From Caulobacter sp. (lineage in GTDB: Bacteria > Pseudomonadota > Alphaproteobacteria > Caulobacterales > Caulobacteraceae): 62,043 nt of DNA. The notes beneath the pieces were generated by a model. That model made no database searches. It saw only the letters and a list, made by a program, of their open reading frames with translations, and was not told where the DNA came from. A program made the translations under genes and the position numbers. The stretch lies in contig JBIKII010000001.1 in NCBI GenBank assembly GCA_044361705.1, positions 1 to 62,043 of the forward strand. The letters are read 5' to 3'. Shown one piece after another: positions 17,709 to 27,553 of this stretch. Numbering within the stretch: position 1 is the first letter of the stretch; each line of letters begins with the position of its first letter.

Positions 17709-18938
17709 GTGTCTGATCTCAAGGCGAAGGTCGTGATCCTTGGCGCCGGCCATGCTGGCGGCGCGATGGCGGCGTTCCTGCGCCAGGCCGGGCACGAGGG
17801 GCCCATCGTGCTGATCGGCGAGGAGCCGATCGGCCCCTATCAGCGGCCGCCGCTCAGCAAGGCCTGGCTGAAGGGCGAAGCGGACGCCGACAGCCTCGCG
17901 CTGAAGGAACCCTCCTGGTACGCCGGGAACAACTGCGATCTGCGCCTCGGCGTGCGGGCCACCGGCCTGAACCGTGGTGAGAAGGTCGTCACCCTCTCGA
18001 CCGGCGAGACGGTGACCTACGACATTATGGTCTTCGCCACCGGCGCGCGGGCCCGCAAGCTGCCGATTCCCGGCGCTGACCTGAAGGGCGTGCTGGAGCT
18101 GCGCACCGCCGCCGACGCGGAGCAGCTGAAGGCGGCGCTGGGCGAGGGCAGGCGGCTGGCCATCATCGGCGGCGGCTATGTGGGGCTGGAGGCGGCCGCC
18201 TCCGCCCGGGCGCTGGGCGCCCACGCCATGGTGCTGGAGCGCGAGCCGCGCATCCTCGCCCGCGTAGCCTGCGAAGAGCTGTCGGGCTTCTTCACCGCCT
18301 ACCACCGCAGCAAGGGCGTGGCCTTCGAGCTGGGCGTCCAGATCGCCGCCTTCGAGGGCGAGGCCGGCCACATCCGCCGCGTCCGGCTGGCCGACGGCCG
18401 GGCCATCGACTGCGACGCCGCCCTGGTCGGCATCGGCGCCATCCCCAACGACGATCTGGCCAAGGACGCCGGGCTGGAGTGTGTGGGTGGCATCGTCGTC
18501 GACCTGGACGCCCGCACGGCCGACCCGTCCGTCTTCGCGATCGGCGACGTCACCCACCGGCCGCTGCCGCTCTACGACCGGATGGTCCGGCTGGAGAGCG
18601 TGCCCAACGCGCTGGAGCAGGCCAAGGTCGCCGCCGGCGTCATCGCCGGCAAGCCGCCGTTGACGCCCGAGGTTCCGTGGTTCTGGTCCGACCAGTTCGA
18701 CCTCAAGCTCCAGATCGCCGGCATGCCGTTCGACGCGGATACCATCCTGGTGCGCGGCGATCCGGCCACGGCGAAGTTCGCGGTCTTCCACCTCAAGGGC
18801 GATCAGATCCAGGCGGTCGAGGCGGTCAACAGCGCGCCGGAGTTCATGATGGGCCGCCAGCTCATCGGCAATCGCAAGGCCATCTCGCGAGAGAAGCTTG
18901 CGAACACGGCAATTTCCATGAAAGAGGTCGTCGCCTGA
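17709..18938 (+). CDS. NAD(P)H-ferredoxin reductase (putidaredoxin-reductase type)
   Basis: GAGHAG, PYQRPPLSK, GGGYVGLE, VFAIGD, RLESVPNA, VPWFWSDQ. Confidence 0.92.
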   Translation: MSDLKAKVVILGAGHAGGAMAAFLRQAGHEGPIVLIGEEPIGPYQRPPLSKAWLKGEADADSLALKEPSWYAGNNCDLRLGVRATGLNRGEKVVTLSTGETVTYDIMVFATGARARKLPIPGADLKGVLELRTAADAEQLKAALGEGRRLAIIGGGYVGLEAAASARALGAHAMVLEREPRILARVACEELSGFFTAYHRSKGVAFELGVQIAAFEGEAGHIRRVRLADGRAIDCDAALVGIGAIPNDDLAKDAGLECVGGIVVDLDARTADPSVFAIGDVTHRPLPLYDRMVRLESVPNALEQAKVAAGVIAGKPPLTPEVPWFWSDQFDLKLQIAGMPFDADTILVRGDPATAKFAVFHLKGDQIQAVEAVNSAPEFMMGRQLIGNRKAISREKLANTAISMKEVVA

Positions 18939-18948
18939 ACGGCGATAA

Positions 18949-19299
<351 letters not shown>

Positions 19300-19309
19300 C
19301 TCTGTCGAC

Positions 19310-21628
19310 CTAGAACCCCAGCTCCCGCTGGCCGCTGACCACAAGGGCGGCCTCGGGCAGGTGGCAGGTGAAGGTGGCGCCCTGGTTGGGTTCGCTCTCC
19401 AGCGCCACCCAGCCGCCGTGCAGCTCGACCAGCGCCTTGACCAGAGCGAGGCCGAGGCCCGGCCCGCCGCGCTCGCGGCCGACGAAGCGGTCGAAAATGT
19501 GCGCCTGGACGTGGAAGGGCACGCCGCGCCCGGTGTTGGTCACCGCCAGCCGGACCTCGCCCGCCGCCCGCACCGCCGACAGGGTCACCCGGCCCTCCGG
19601 CGGGGTCTGGCGCAGGGCGTTCTCGACCAGGTGGTCCAGCGTCTGGCCCAGCCGCCGGGTGTCGCCGCGGATCAGGCCGATGTCGTCGCCGATCTCCAGG
19701 GTCAGCTCGACCTTCTGGCTTCCGGCCTGCGGAGCCCAGCGCTCGGCCGTTTCACTCATCAGGGTGTCGATCCGGACGTCGCCCATCTCCAGCGCCATCT
19801 CGCCGGCGTCGATGGCGGCGATGTCGAGCACGTCGTCGATCGACCGGCCCAGCTGCGTCGCCGCCTGCCGCACCGAGGCCAGGTGTGAGCGGCCGCGCTC
19901 GGGGATGGCCTCGCCCATGCGGTCGAGCAGCTCGGAATACCCGATGATCGTCGTCAGCGGCGTGCGCAGCTCGTAGGACACATTGCCGACGAACTCCCGC
20001 TTCAGCCGCTGGGCGCTGTCCAGCGCCTGCTCGCGGTCGGCCAGGGCGCCTTCCAGCCGGCGGGCGTCGGTGATGTCGGCGAAGGCGATCAGGGTCGCGC
20101 CGTCCGGCAGCGGCCGTGACTGCCAGGAGACGATCTTGCCGTCAGAGGTTCGGTTCTCGCCCGAGGTCGGGGCCCGGGCTTCGGGATCAGGATCGGCCAC
20201 CCGGCCCTTCAGCTCGCGCCAGAAGGCCATGTCGTGCAGGCGGGGCACGCAGATCTCGACGACCCGCTCGAAGTCGCCGGCCGCCTCCATGTCCGCGCCG
20301 CTGACGTTCCAGAAGCGCTCGAACGCCTCGTTGTGCAGCCGCAGCCGCCCGTCGGAGCCGAACACCACGACCGCGTCGTTCAGCTTGTCCAGCGTCGCCT
20401 TCTGGACCTTGAGCTGGGCGTTGTACTGGGCCTTGAGCCTGAGATCGTCGGTAATGTCGGAGAACAGCAGCAGCAGGCCGCCCATCGGGTGCGGCTGGCG
20501 CACCAGTCGCAGCGTGCGGCCGTCCGGCAGCATCCACAGGTCGTCCGGCTGGCGGCCCAGCGTCTCGTAACGCGCCAGCTCGGCGGCCTTCCACTTCGCG
20601 TACTCGGAGGTCTCGGGCAGCCGCTGGCGCTGGCGCAGCCGGTCGAGGATCTCGCCATGCGTCGGGCGCTCCGACAGCCAGGCGGGCTCCAGCGCCCAGA
20701 GCTGGGCGAAGGCGGCGTTGTGGAAGACCAGCCGCCGGGTGGCGCCGAAGATGGCGACCGCCTCGGCGATATGGTTCAGCGTCTCGTCGTGCGCCTCAAC
20801 GTGGCGCTTGAAGGCGTCCTGCGTCTCCTCGGCCTGGGTGACGTCGGTCGTGCGCACGCCCACGCCGCCGCCTTCCAGCGGCTGGGCGACCAGCTTCATG
20901 GCCCGACGGCGGCCGCCCAGCGACATCCAGCGCAACGCCTCGCGGCGCTCGCCCAGATTGGCGGCCTCGGCGGCCAGCATGTCGGCGCCCTTGTCCAGCG
21001 ACAGGCCCCGGGCGGCGGCGTCCTGCGCCGTCGTCGCGCCCACCGCTTCCAGCCAGGCGCGATTGGCCCACTGCACGGCGCCGTCGGCCGAGGCGATCCA
21101 GGCCGGGTCGGCCGAGGCGTCGAGGAAGGCGGCCAGGCGGGCGGCGCTGGGCAGGGCCGCCTCCTCTCCGGCCGAGGCGGTCAGACGGAGCCAGGCCAGC
21201 ACGCCGGCGGCCCGGCCCTCGACGGACACCGTCCCCCGGGATCCGCGCGCCTCGAAGGCGCAGGCCTCGCCGCGTTCGAACAACGCCCGCAGTCGGGCGG
21301 CATGGTCGGGGTCGGCCCGCATCAGGGCGTTGACCACGGCCTGGGGCTCGGCGGCCTCCAGGCCCAGCGCGTCGGCGCAGGCGGCCAGGCTTTCATCGCC
21401 GGAGGCCAGGTGGGCGCGGCCGTCATCGATGACCAGCAGGGCGCTGTCGAAGGCTTCGGCCGAGGCCTGGGCGGCCTCGGCGCCGAGCTGGGCGAGTTCG
21501 AGCTGGTCCTGAAGGCGTCGCAGCCGACGGTCCATCGCCCGCCGCTGGGCGAGGCTCCAGAGGGCCGCGCAAAGCGCCAGACAGACCGCGCCGGCCGCCG
21601 CCGCGACGATCAGGTCCATCTGAGTCAT
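19310..21628 (-). CDS. divL: PAS-domain pseudo-histidine kinase DivL
   Basis: N-terminal TM, several PAS-like repeats, H-box with Tyr (VSYELRTPLT), HATPase GLGLALVK. Confidence 0.9.
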   Translation of the reverse strand: MTQMDLIVAAAAGAVCLALCAALWSLAQRRAMDRRLRRLQDQLELAQLGAEAAQASAEAFDSALLVIDDGRAHLASGDESLAACADALGLEAAEPQAVVNALMRADPDHAARLRALFERGEACAFEARGSRGTVSVEGRAAGVLAWLRLTASAGEEAALPSAARLAAFLDASADPAWIASADGAVQWANRAWLEAVGATTAQDAAARGLSLDKGADMLAAEAANLGERREALRWMSLGGRRRAMKLVAQPLEGGGVGVRTTDVTQAEETQDAFKRHVEAHDETLNHIAEAVAIFGATRRLVFHNAAFAQLWALEPAWLSERPTHGEILDRLRQRQRLPETSEYAKWKAAELARYETLGRQPDDLWMLPDGRTLRLVRQPHPMGGLLLLFSDITDDLRLKAQYNAQLKVQKATLDKLNDAVVVFGSDGRLRLHNEAFERFWNVSGADMEAAGDFERVVEICVPRLHDMAFWRELKGRVADPDPEARAPTSGENRTSDGKIVSWQSRPLPDGATLIAFADITDARRLEGALADREQALDSAQRLKREFVGNVSYELRTPLTTIIGYSELLDRMGEAIPERGRSHLASVRQAATQLGRSIDDVLDIAAIDAGEMALEMGDVRIDTLMSETAERWAPQAGSQKVELTLEIGDDIGLIRGDTRRLGQTLDHLVENALRQTPPEGRVTLSAVRAAGEVRLAVTNTGRGVPFHVQAHIFDRFVGRERGGPGLGLALVKALVELHGGWVALESEPNQGATFTCHLPEAALVVSGQRELGF

Positions 21629-21722
21629 TGGAATCCAGCCCGAATCATCTTCCGGCCAAGATAGACAAGGCCGGCGCCCCCGGCGACTGGCGAACCGTCG
21701 CCCCCGGCGCCATGTTCATCGG

Positions 21723-22121
21723 ATGACCCGCAGTTTCGGCCCGGCGCCCTCCCTCGACGACTTCGCAACCCTGGCCGAGAAGGCGTTCGACGACCTGCCC
21801 GAACCGTTCCGGGGGTTCGCCGCCGAGGCGGTCATCCGGGTCGACGACTTCGCTGACGAGGCGGTGCTGGACGAGATGGGCATCCAGGATCCCTTCGAGC
21901 TGACCGGCCTCTACCAGGGCGTCGACCTGTCCCGGCGCTCGGTGTTCGAGGCCTCGCCGCCGCCGATGATCTTCCTCTACCGTCGTCCGATCCTCGATGA
22001 ATGGGCCGAGCGCGGCGATGTCACGCTGGAGGAGCTGGTCGTCCATGTGCTGGTCCACGAGATCGGCCACCACTTCGGCCTCTCCGACGACGACATCGAC
22101 CGCCTCGAAGACAAAGCATGA
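21723..22121 (+). CDS. Minimal zincin-like metallopeptidase family protein
   Basis: LTGLYQG, IFLYRRPI, HEIGHHFG. Confidence 0.88.
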   Translation: MTRSFGPAPSLDDFATLAEKAFDDLPEPFRGFAAEAVIRVDDFADEAVLDEMGIQDPFELTGLYQGVDLSRRSVFEASPPPMIFLYRRPILDEWAERGDVTLEELVVHVLVHEIGHHFGLSDDDIDRLEDKA

Positions 22122-22163
22122 ACGAATCTGCTAGCCCGCCCCCAGTCCGCTGAAGAGCCGCCC

Positions 22164-22601
22164 ATGCACGCCCCCGCCTTCGACTACGACGCCGTCACCC
22201 GCGACATGCCCGAGGCCCGGGTCAAGCGCGGCGAGAACTATGCCGACAAGGGCTGGGCGAGCCTGGTCGAGGTGACGCCCGCCGGGGTCCTGGCCCATGT
22301 TCTGGGCGAGCAGGGCATCGCCTATGTGGTCGAGGTCGCCGCGCCAGACGGCTCGGACGGCCGCTGCACCTGCAAGGACTTCGAGGAGAACCGCCTGCGC
22401 TGCAAGCATGTGGTGGCGGCGATCCGCACGGTGCTCGACGCCGACGACGCCGCGCTGGAGGACGCCGCCGAGCGCCTTCCCCGCCTGCTGGACCAGCTGG
22501 AGATGGAGGAGCGCGACGACTGCGACGCCCTCGTCGAGCGCGCCCGGCGCGACCCGGCGCTGTTGCGCGAGCTCGAGGGCGTGGCCGGGATCGAAGGTTA
22601 A
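22164..22601 (+). CDS. Stand-alone SWIM zinc-finger protein
   Basis: RGENY, CTCKDF...CKHVVA (CxC-xn-CxH). Confidence 0.8.
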   Translation: MHAPAFDYDAVTRDMPEARVKRGENYADKGWASLVEVTPAGVLAHVLGEQGIAYVVEVAAPDGSDGRCTCKDFEENRLRCKHVVAAIRTVLDADDAALEDAAERLPRLLDQLEMEERDDCDALVERARRDPALLRELEGVAGIEG

Positions 22602-22613
22602 ATCGCGTTCAGA

Positions 22614-22633
22614 AGATGACGCCCCCGTCACTT
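22614..22633. promoter_or_regulatory. Palindromic operator upstream of the ferritin-like gene
   Basis: AGATGACG-CCCC-CGTCACTT, 5 bp upstream of a TTGACC -35-like hexamer; matches the 17663 site. Confidence 0.65.
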
Positions 22634-22732
22634 TCCGGTTGACCTGACGTCGCGCCAAGTGGACAGTGATCACATCATGCGAGAGGTCCGACCAACGGGC
22701 CCCGCTTTCCCATGTGGCCGGAGGAGTTCGCG

Positions 22733-23860
22733 ATGAGCGACAAGAACATCACCAAGGACGCCATGTACGACGCCGTGGCGCCGGACGATTTCGAGTCGAT
22801 GCTCGAGCTCGACCGTTACGGCAACCGCTCCACGGCCTTCGACAAGATCATTTCCGCGACCCACGACCACTTCTGGGATCCGCTGGACAAAGAGTACATC
22901 GACTTCGACGAGCCCTTCGACATGGAAAACCAGGCCCTCGTGCCTGAGGACATGGTCGTGGCCCTGTCCACCGACTACGTGTCCAACCACCTTTCGGACC
23001 CCAAGACGCGCATCGCCTTCATCAACGAGTCCACGCTGCGCAGCTTCTCCTCGATCCTGCACGGCGAACAGGGCGCGCTCAACCTCTCGGCCAGCCTCTG
23101 CCACGTGCTGAAGGACCAGGGCGCGCAGGAGTACGCCGCCAACCAGACCCGCGAGGAAGCCCGCCACGTCACGGCCTTCGCCAAGTACGTCAAGGCGCGC
23201 TGGGGCAAGCCCGTCGAGTGCGGCCCGACCCTGAAGGCCCTGCTGGTCGAGATCATCGGCGCGCCGGAGGTCTACAAGAAGATCATCGGCATGCAGATGC
23301 TGGTCGAGGGCCTCGCCATGGGCGCCTTCGCCACCTTCTACAACAAGCTGAACGACCCGGTCGGCAAGAAGCTGATGCAACTGGTCATGACCGACGAGGC
23401 CTTCCACCACAAGTTCGGGAAGATCTGGGCTGATCGCACGATCCCCAAGCTCTCGGCCGAGGAACACGCCATCATCGAGGACTGGGCGGCCCACTGCTTC
23501 CAGGCGGTGCTGTTCAACCTGGTCGGCCCCAACCAGCAGCGTGACCTGTATGAGAAGTTCGGCCTCGACCCCGACAAGGTCATCGCCGAGTTCGCCCAGA
23601 TCATGACCGACGACATCCGTCGCGAGAGCATGAAGGAGCAGACCAACATCTTCCGCGTGCTGGTCAAGACGCTGCTCAACGCCGGCATCATCACCGACCG
23701 CACCAAGGCCTTCTACGGCATGTATGTCGACCTGGAAGAGCTGCGCATGGAAGGCGACCGGATGGTCGGCGACGACATCGCCGAGGACGGCATCCGTTAC
23801 CTGCAGGCGATCAACTTCAAGGATCGCGAGCACAAGCCGGTCAGCATCGCCGCCGAATAG
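22733..23860 (+). CDS. Ferritin-like diiron-carboxylate protein (putative oxygenase/desaturase)
   Basis: HGEQGAL, EEARH, VEGLA, DEAFH: two E...ExxH units; RBS GGAGGAG; strongly biased codon usage. Confidence 0.85.
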   Translation: MSDKNITKDAMYDAVAPDDFESMLELDRYGNRSTAFDKIISATHDHFWDPLDKEYIDFDEPFDMENQALVPEDMVVALSTDYVSNHLSDPKTRIAFINESTLRSFSSILHGEQGALNLSASLCHVLKDQGAQEYAANQTREEARHVTAFAKYVKARWGKPVECGPTLKALLVEIIGAPEVYKKIIGMQMLVEGLAMGAFATFYNKLNDPVGKKLMQLVMTDEAFHHKFGKIWADRTIPKLSAEEHAIIEDWAAHCFQAVLFNLVGPNQQRDLYEKFGLDPDKVIAEFAQIMTDDIRRESMKEQTNIFRVLVKTLLNAGIITDRTKAFYGMYVDLEELRMEGDRMVGDDIAEDGIRYLQAINFKDREHKPVSIAAE

Positions 23861-23883
23861 GCGCGCGGTTCACAATCTTGAGG

Positions 23884-23921
23884 AACGCCCCGTCGCAACC
23901 GCGGCGGGGCGTTTCGCGTTT
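23884..23921 (+). terminator. Intrinsic terminator
   Basis: AACGCCCCGTCGC-AACC-GCGGCGGGGCGTT then TCGCGTTT. Confidence 0.7.
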
Positions 23922-23949
23922 CAGGGCGCTGGGCTAGAAGGTGGGTCCC

Positions 23950-24501
23950 ATGAAGATCCTCACCGCCATCGCCGTCGCGGCGGCGCTCCCCCTGCCGTTC
24001 GCCGCCGCCGCAACGGCGCCCAGGCCGACCAAGGCGGTCGCCGCCGGCTTCTACAGCGGCCGCTGGTACGAGATCGCCCGCGTGCCCAACGCCGGCCAGC
24101 GCGATTGCCACGCCGCCCGCAGCGACTTCACGCCGATCGGCGGCAAGGGCGATGTCGCCTTCGTCGCCACCACCGGCGAGTTCGCGGTCAGCCAGGTCTG
24201 TCGCCGGGGCTCTGCCAAGGGGCCGGCGAAGGTGTTCTCGACCACGGGCCGAATCCTGCCCGGCAGCCGCAACGCCAGGTTCGAGATGGTCTTCCTCGGC
24301 GGGTTGAAGACGCAGGAGTACTGGGTCCTCGACACCGCCCCGGACGGGGCCTGGGCCATCATGGCCACCCCGGGCGGCAACTATGTCTGGCTGCTGTCGC
24401 GCCGGCCGGCGCTGAGCGAGGCGGCGCGGGAGGCGGCCATCGCGCGCATCCGGGCGCTGGGCTACGGCCAGAAGCTGGAGTTCCCGGCGCAGGCCGGCTG
24501 A
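23950..24501 (+). CDS. Lipocalin family (Blc-like) protein
   Basis: Signal peptide; [22 protein letters not shown] lipocalin motifs. Confidence 0.88.
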   Translation: MKILTAIAVAAALPLPFAAAATAPRPTKAVAAGFYSGRWYEIARVPNAGQRDCHAARSDFTPIGGKGDVAFVATTGEFAVSQVCRRGSAKGPAKVFSTTGRILPGSRNARFEMVFLGGLKTQEYWVLDTAPDGAWAIMATPGGNYVWLLSRRPALSEAAREAAIARIRALGYGQKLEFPAQAG

Positions 24502-24518
24502 CCTTGGCGTCCCGCGGC

Positions 24519-24896
24519 ATGCAGGGCCTTCGGGCATGGGCGAGGGGGCTGAAGCGAGACGTCATCGTCCTGTGGCTGGCCGCCCGCGACCCACGGACGC
24601 CCTTGCTGGCCAAGGCCCTGGCCGGGCTCGTCGCCGCCTATGCGCTCAGCCCCATCGACCTCATTCCGGACTTCATCCCGGTCCTCGGCTACCTCGACGA
24701 CCTGATCCTGGCGCCGCTGGGTGTCTGGGCCTGCCTGCGCCTGATCCCGCCGGCGCTGCTCGCCGAACTGCGCCTCCGCGGCGAGGCGCTCGCGACACGT
24801 CCAACGAGCCGCCTTGCGGCGGCGGCGATCATCGCCGTCTGGATCGGCTTCAGTCTGGTCGCCGCCGTCTGGCTCCTCCGGCGACTGCCTTGGTGA
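24519..24896 (+). CDS. YkvA/DUF1232 family membrane protein
   Basis: [22 protein letters not shown]. Confidence 0.9.
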   Translation: MQGLRAWARGLKRDVIVLWLAARDPRTPLLAKALAGLVAAYALSPIDLIPDFIPVLGYLDDLILAPLGVWACLRLIPPALLAELRLRGEALATRPTSRLAAAAIIAVWIGFSLVAAVWLLRRLPW

Positions 24897-24913
24897 GCGT
24901 TCACCTTGACCGC

Positions 24914-24928
24914 GAACAAACCCGGAAC
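24914..24928. promoter_or_regulatory. LexA (SOS) box of mmcB
   Basis: GAAC-AAACCCG-GAAC between a TTGACC -35 (24906) and the ATG at 24941. Confidence 0.85.
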
Positions 24929-24940
24929 ATAAATGCCGCC

Positions 24941-25375
24941 ATGGAAGTTGTCGCCCTGTCCATTGTCACGGTCACGCGACCCGACACCACGTTGGCCGTC
25001 ACGCGCGGCGCGGCGCGGCTCCTGACGGAGATGGCCTATGCGCCGCTGGCCGAGGTCTGCCTGCCCAACGGGCGGCGGGCCGACCTGATGGCGCTGGGGC
25101 CCAGGGGCGAGATCGTCATCGTCGAGGTGAAGTCCTCGGCCGAGGACTATCTGACCGACCGGAAATGGGGGGAGTACGCGCCGTATTGCGACGCCTTCTA
25201 CTTCGCGGTGGCGCCGCACTTCCCGGTCGAGCTGCTGCCGGCCGAGCCCGGTGTGATCGTGGCGGACGGCTTTGGCGGGGCGGTGGTGCGGGAGGCGCCC
25301 CTCACGCCGCTCGTCGCGGCGCGTCGCAAGGCGCTGACCCTGGCCTTCGCGCGGCTGGCGGCGTTCCGGCGGTGA
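24941..25375 (+). CDS. mmcB: DNA repair putative endonuclease MmcB
   Basis: LPNGRRADLMAL, IVEVKSS..DY..DRKW, YCDAFYFAV; SOS box upstream. Confidence 0.9.
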   Translation: MEVVALSIVTVTRPDTTLAVTRGAARLLTEMAYAPLAEVCLPNGRRADLMALGPRGEIVIVEVKSSAEDYLTDRKWGEYAPYCDAFYFAVAPHFPVELLPAEPGVIVADGFGGAVVREAPLTPLVAARRKALTLAFARLAAFRR

Positions 25376-25456
25376 CCGGGGACATGTACCGTCTTCGGTA
25401 CGCGTCCCCCGGCGCTTGAAGTTGATGGGGACACGCACTGAAGTGCATGTCCCCGG
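25376..25456. repeat. Double hairpin / REP-like doublet, family 3 (GGGGAC...GTCCCC); possible bidirectional terminator
   Basis: Hairpins at 25376-25412 and 25427-25454; outer inverted arms CCGGGGACATG / CATGTCCCCGG; between convergent mmcB and regA. Confidence 0.6.
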
Positions 25457-25460
25457 CCGC

Positions 25461-26018
25461 CTACCGCGGCGCGCGCTTGGCCAGGATCCGCTGCAGGGTC
25501 CGGCGGTGCATCGACAGGCGCCGGGCGGTCTCCGAGACATTGTGGCCGCACAGCTCGTAGACGCGCTGGATATGCTCCCAGCGGACGCGGTCGGCGCTCA
25601 TCGGGTTGTCGGGCGGTGCGGCCGTGGCGCCGCCGATGGCCAGCAGCGCGCGGGCCACGTCGTCGGCGTCGGCGGGCTTGGCCAGGTAGTCGACGGCTCC
25701 GGCCTTCACGGCGGCGACGGCTGTGGCGATGTTGCCGTAGCCGGTCAGCATGACCACCCGCGCCTCCGGCCGGGCGTCGCGGATGGCCTGGACGATGCGC
25801 AGGCCCGTGCCGTCATCGAGCCGCATGTCGAGGACCGCGTGGGCGGGCGCAGAGGCCTTCACCGCGTCCAGCGCCTCCGACACGCTGCCGGCCAGCCGCA
25901 CCTCGAATCCGCGCTGCTCCAGCGCCCGGCCGAGCCGCGTTCGCAGCGCCGCGTCGTCGTCGAGCACCAGGAGGCTGCGGTCAGCAAGCCCGGCGACCAC
26001 ATCGGCAATATCGGTCAT
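25461..26018 (-). CDS. regA: RegA/PrrA/ActR redox response regulator
   Basis: LTGYGNIATAVAAVK, PMSADRVRWEHIQRVYELC.HNVSETARRL.MHRRTLQRIL. Confidence 0.95.
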   Translation of the reverse strand: MTDIADVVAGLADRSLLVLDDDAALRTRLGRALEQRGFEVRLAGSVSEALDAVKASAPAHAVLDMRLDDGTGLRIVQAIRDARPEARVVMLTGYGNIATAVAAVKAGAVDYLAKPADADDVARALLAIGGATAAPPDNPMSADRVRWEHIQRVYELCGHNVSETARRLSMHRRTLQRILAKRAPR

Positions 26019-26062
26019 GGATCAGCTCCGGATCGACTTTGCGTCGCGGTTGAATCGGGCGC

Positions 26063-26077
26063 GCGTCATTGTGTCGC
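26063..26077. promoter_or_regulatory. RegA/RegR-type box upstream of regA
   Basis: GCGTC-ATTGT-GTCGC fits GCGNC-N5-GNCGC. Confidence 0.5.
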
Positions 26078-27499
26078 GGTCGCGGGGGATTCATCAAGCC
26101 CCGAGAACGGATCGACGTTATCTGGCGCCGCGATGGCGGCCCGCGGCCATCGGGCGGTGACCACCGCGCCGCCGCCGCGCCCGTTGCGGAAATCCACGGC
26201 GGCCCCGGTGCGTTCCAGCAGAGTCTTGGCGATGAAGAAGCCCAGGCCCATCCCCACATGGCCGCTGCGCATGGCTTCGGCGCCCGGCCGGCTGGTCACA
26301 TAGGGCTCGCCCAGCTTGGCCAGCACCTCCGGCGCGAAGCCCGGGCCGTCGTCGCGCACTTCGATGGCGATGTGCCGCGCGTCGAAGCGGGCGGTGACCA
26401 GAATCTCCGACCGGGCGAAGTCGACGGCGTTCTCGACGAAGGCGTTGAGGGCGTGCAGCACCTCCGGCAGCCGCCAGATGTCGGGCGGCGGCTCGTCCGG
26501 CGGGCCGGACACCACCGCCTCGACCCGCACATCCGGACCCCGGGTATGTGGCTCGATGGCCTCCTGGACCATCTGCAGCAGGCTCATCCGCTCATGCACC
26601 GCGTCGCTGGCGTCCGGGGCCCGGGTCAGGCCGCGCAGGATGTCGCGGCACCGCGCGGCCTGGCTCACCAGCAGCTCGGCGTCCTCCCGCAGCGACCCCG
26701 GCGGCGCTTCCCGCGCCATCTCCCTGGCGACGATGGTCATGGTGGCCAGCGGCGTGCCCAGTTCGTGCGCCGCCGCCGCGGCCAGGGCGCCCAGGGCCGA
26801 CAGTCGCTGTTCCCGGGCCAGCACCGTGTGGGCGGTATCCAGCGCCAGCTCCATGCGCGCCGCTTCCCGCGCGGCCTGCCAGGCGTAGCCGGCGCAGAAG
26901 GCGATCCCCAGGATACGGGCGGTCACCGCGCCTATGCGGTTGGTCAGCGGCGGGTCGAACGGCTCGGCCTGCGGCGCGGGCAACGGCATCGCCTGGATAG
27001 CCAGGGCCGTGCAGGCGAGGATGGCCAGCAGGCAGATCGCCACCACATAGCGCAACGGCAGGCTGGCGGCCGCCAGAACGGCGGGTCCGATCAGCAGCAG
27101 CGAGAACGGGTTGAGGATCCCCCCGGTCAGATAGAGCATGCCCGACAGCTGGAGGATGTCGAAGACGATGTGGGCCGCGGCCTCGTTGTCGGTCGCCAGC
27201 CGCTGTCCCGAGGTCGCCAGTCCGACCAGCACGTTCAGCCAGGCCGACAGCGCGATCAGAGCGAAACAGGCCGCGAACGGCACCGGAAGATCCATGATGA
27301 AGCCGACGATGATGACGGTGATCGTCTGCCCCGCCACGGCCAGCCAGCGCAGCGATGTCAGGGTCCGGACGCGCAGGCGGCCCCGACGGGGCACGCCGGT
27401 CGGCCACAGCGCGTCCCACCCTTGCGCGAAGGGGCGCCCCGGACTATCGAGACCGGGCTTCAGGTCGGCGGCCGTCGCCGGATCTGGTGTCAGCGCCAT
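26066..27499 (-). CDS. regB: RegB/PrrB/ActS sensor histidine kinase
   Basis: LRWLAVAGQ, TGGILNPF quinone motif, AAAHELGTPL, RCRDIL, GMGLGFFIA. Confidence 0.95.
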   Translation of the reverse strand: MALTPDPATAADLKPGLDSPGRPFAQGWDALWPTGVPRRGRLRVRTLTSLRWLAVAGQTITVIIVGFIMDLPVPFAACFALIALSAWLNVLVGLATSGQRLATDNEAAAHIVFDILQLSGMLYLTGGILNPFSLLLIGPAVLAAASLPLRYVVAICLLAILACTALAIQAMPLPAPQAEPFDPPLTNRIGAVTARILGIAFCAGYAWQAAREAARMELALDTAHTVLAREQRLSALGALAAAAAHELGTPLATMTIVAREMAREAPPGSLREDAELLVSQAARCRDILRGLTRAPDASDAVHERMSLLQMVQEAIEPHTRGPDVRVEAVVSGPPDEPPPDIWRLPEVLHALNAFVENAVDFARSEILVTARFDARHIAIEVRDDGPGFAPEVLAKLGEPYVTSRPGAEAMRSGHVGMGLGFFIAKTLLERTGAAVDFRNGRGGGAVVTARWPRAAIAAPDNVDPFSGLDESPATATQ

Positions 27500-27553
27500 G
27501 CCGCCACTCTGTCCCCAATTCGCGACCGATGGCGAGCCCCCACGGAGAGCCTC

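Noticed and set aside
19310-21628. Histidine kinase lacking its His as a novel or broken gene
   Set aside because: The His-to-Tyr H-box is the established hallmark of DivL
23724-25375. Apparent long fusions for the DUF1232 and MmcB ORFs
   Set aside because: Upstream parts are off-frame overlaps of neighbouring genes; plausible starts exist at 24519 and 24941
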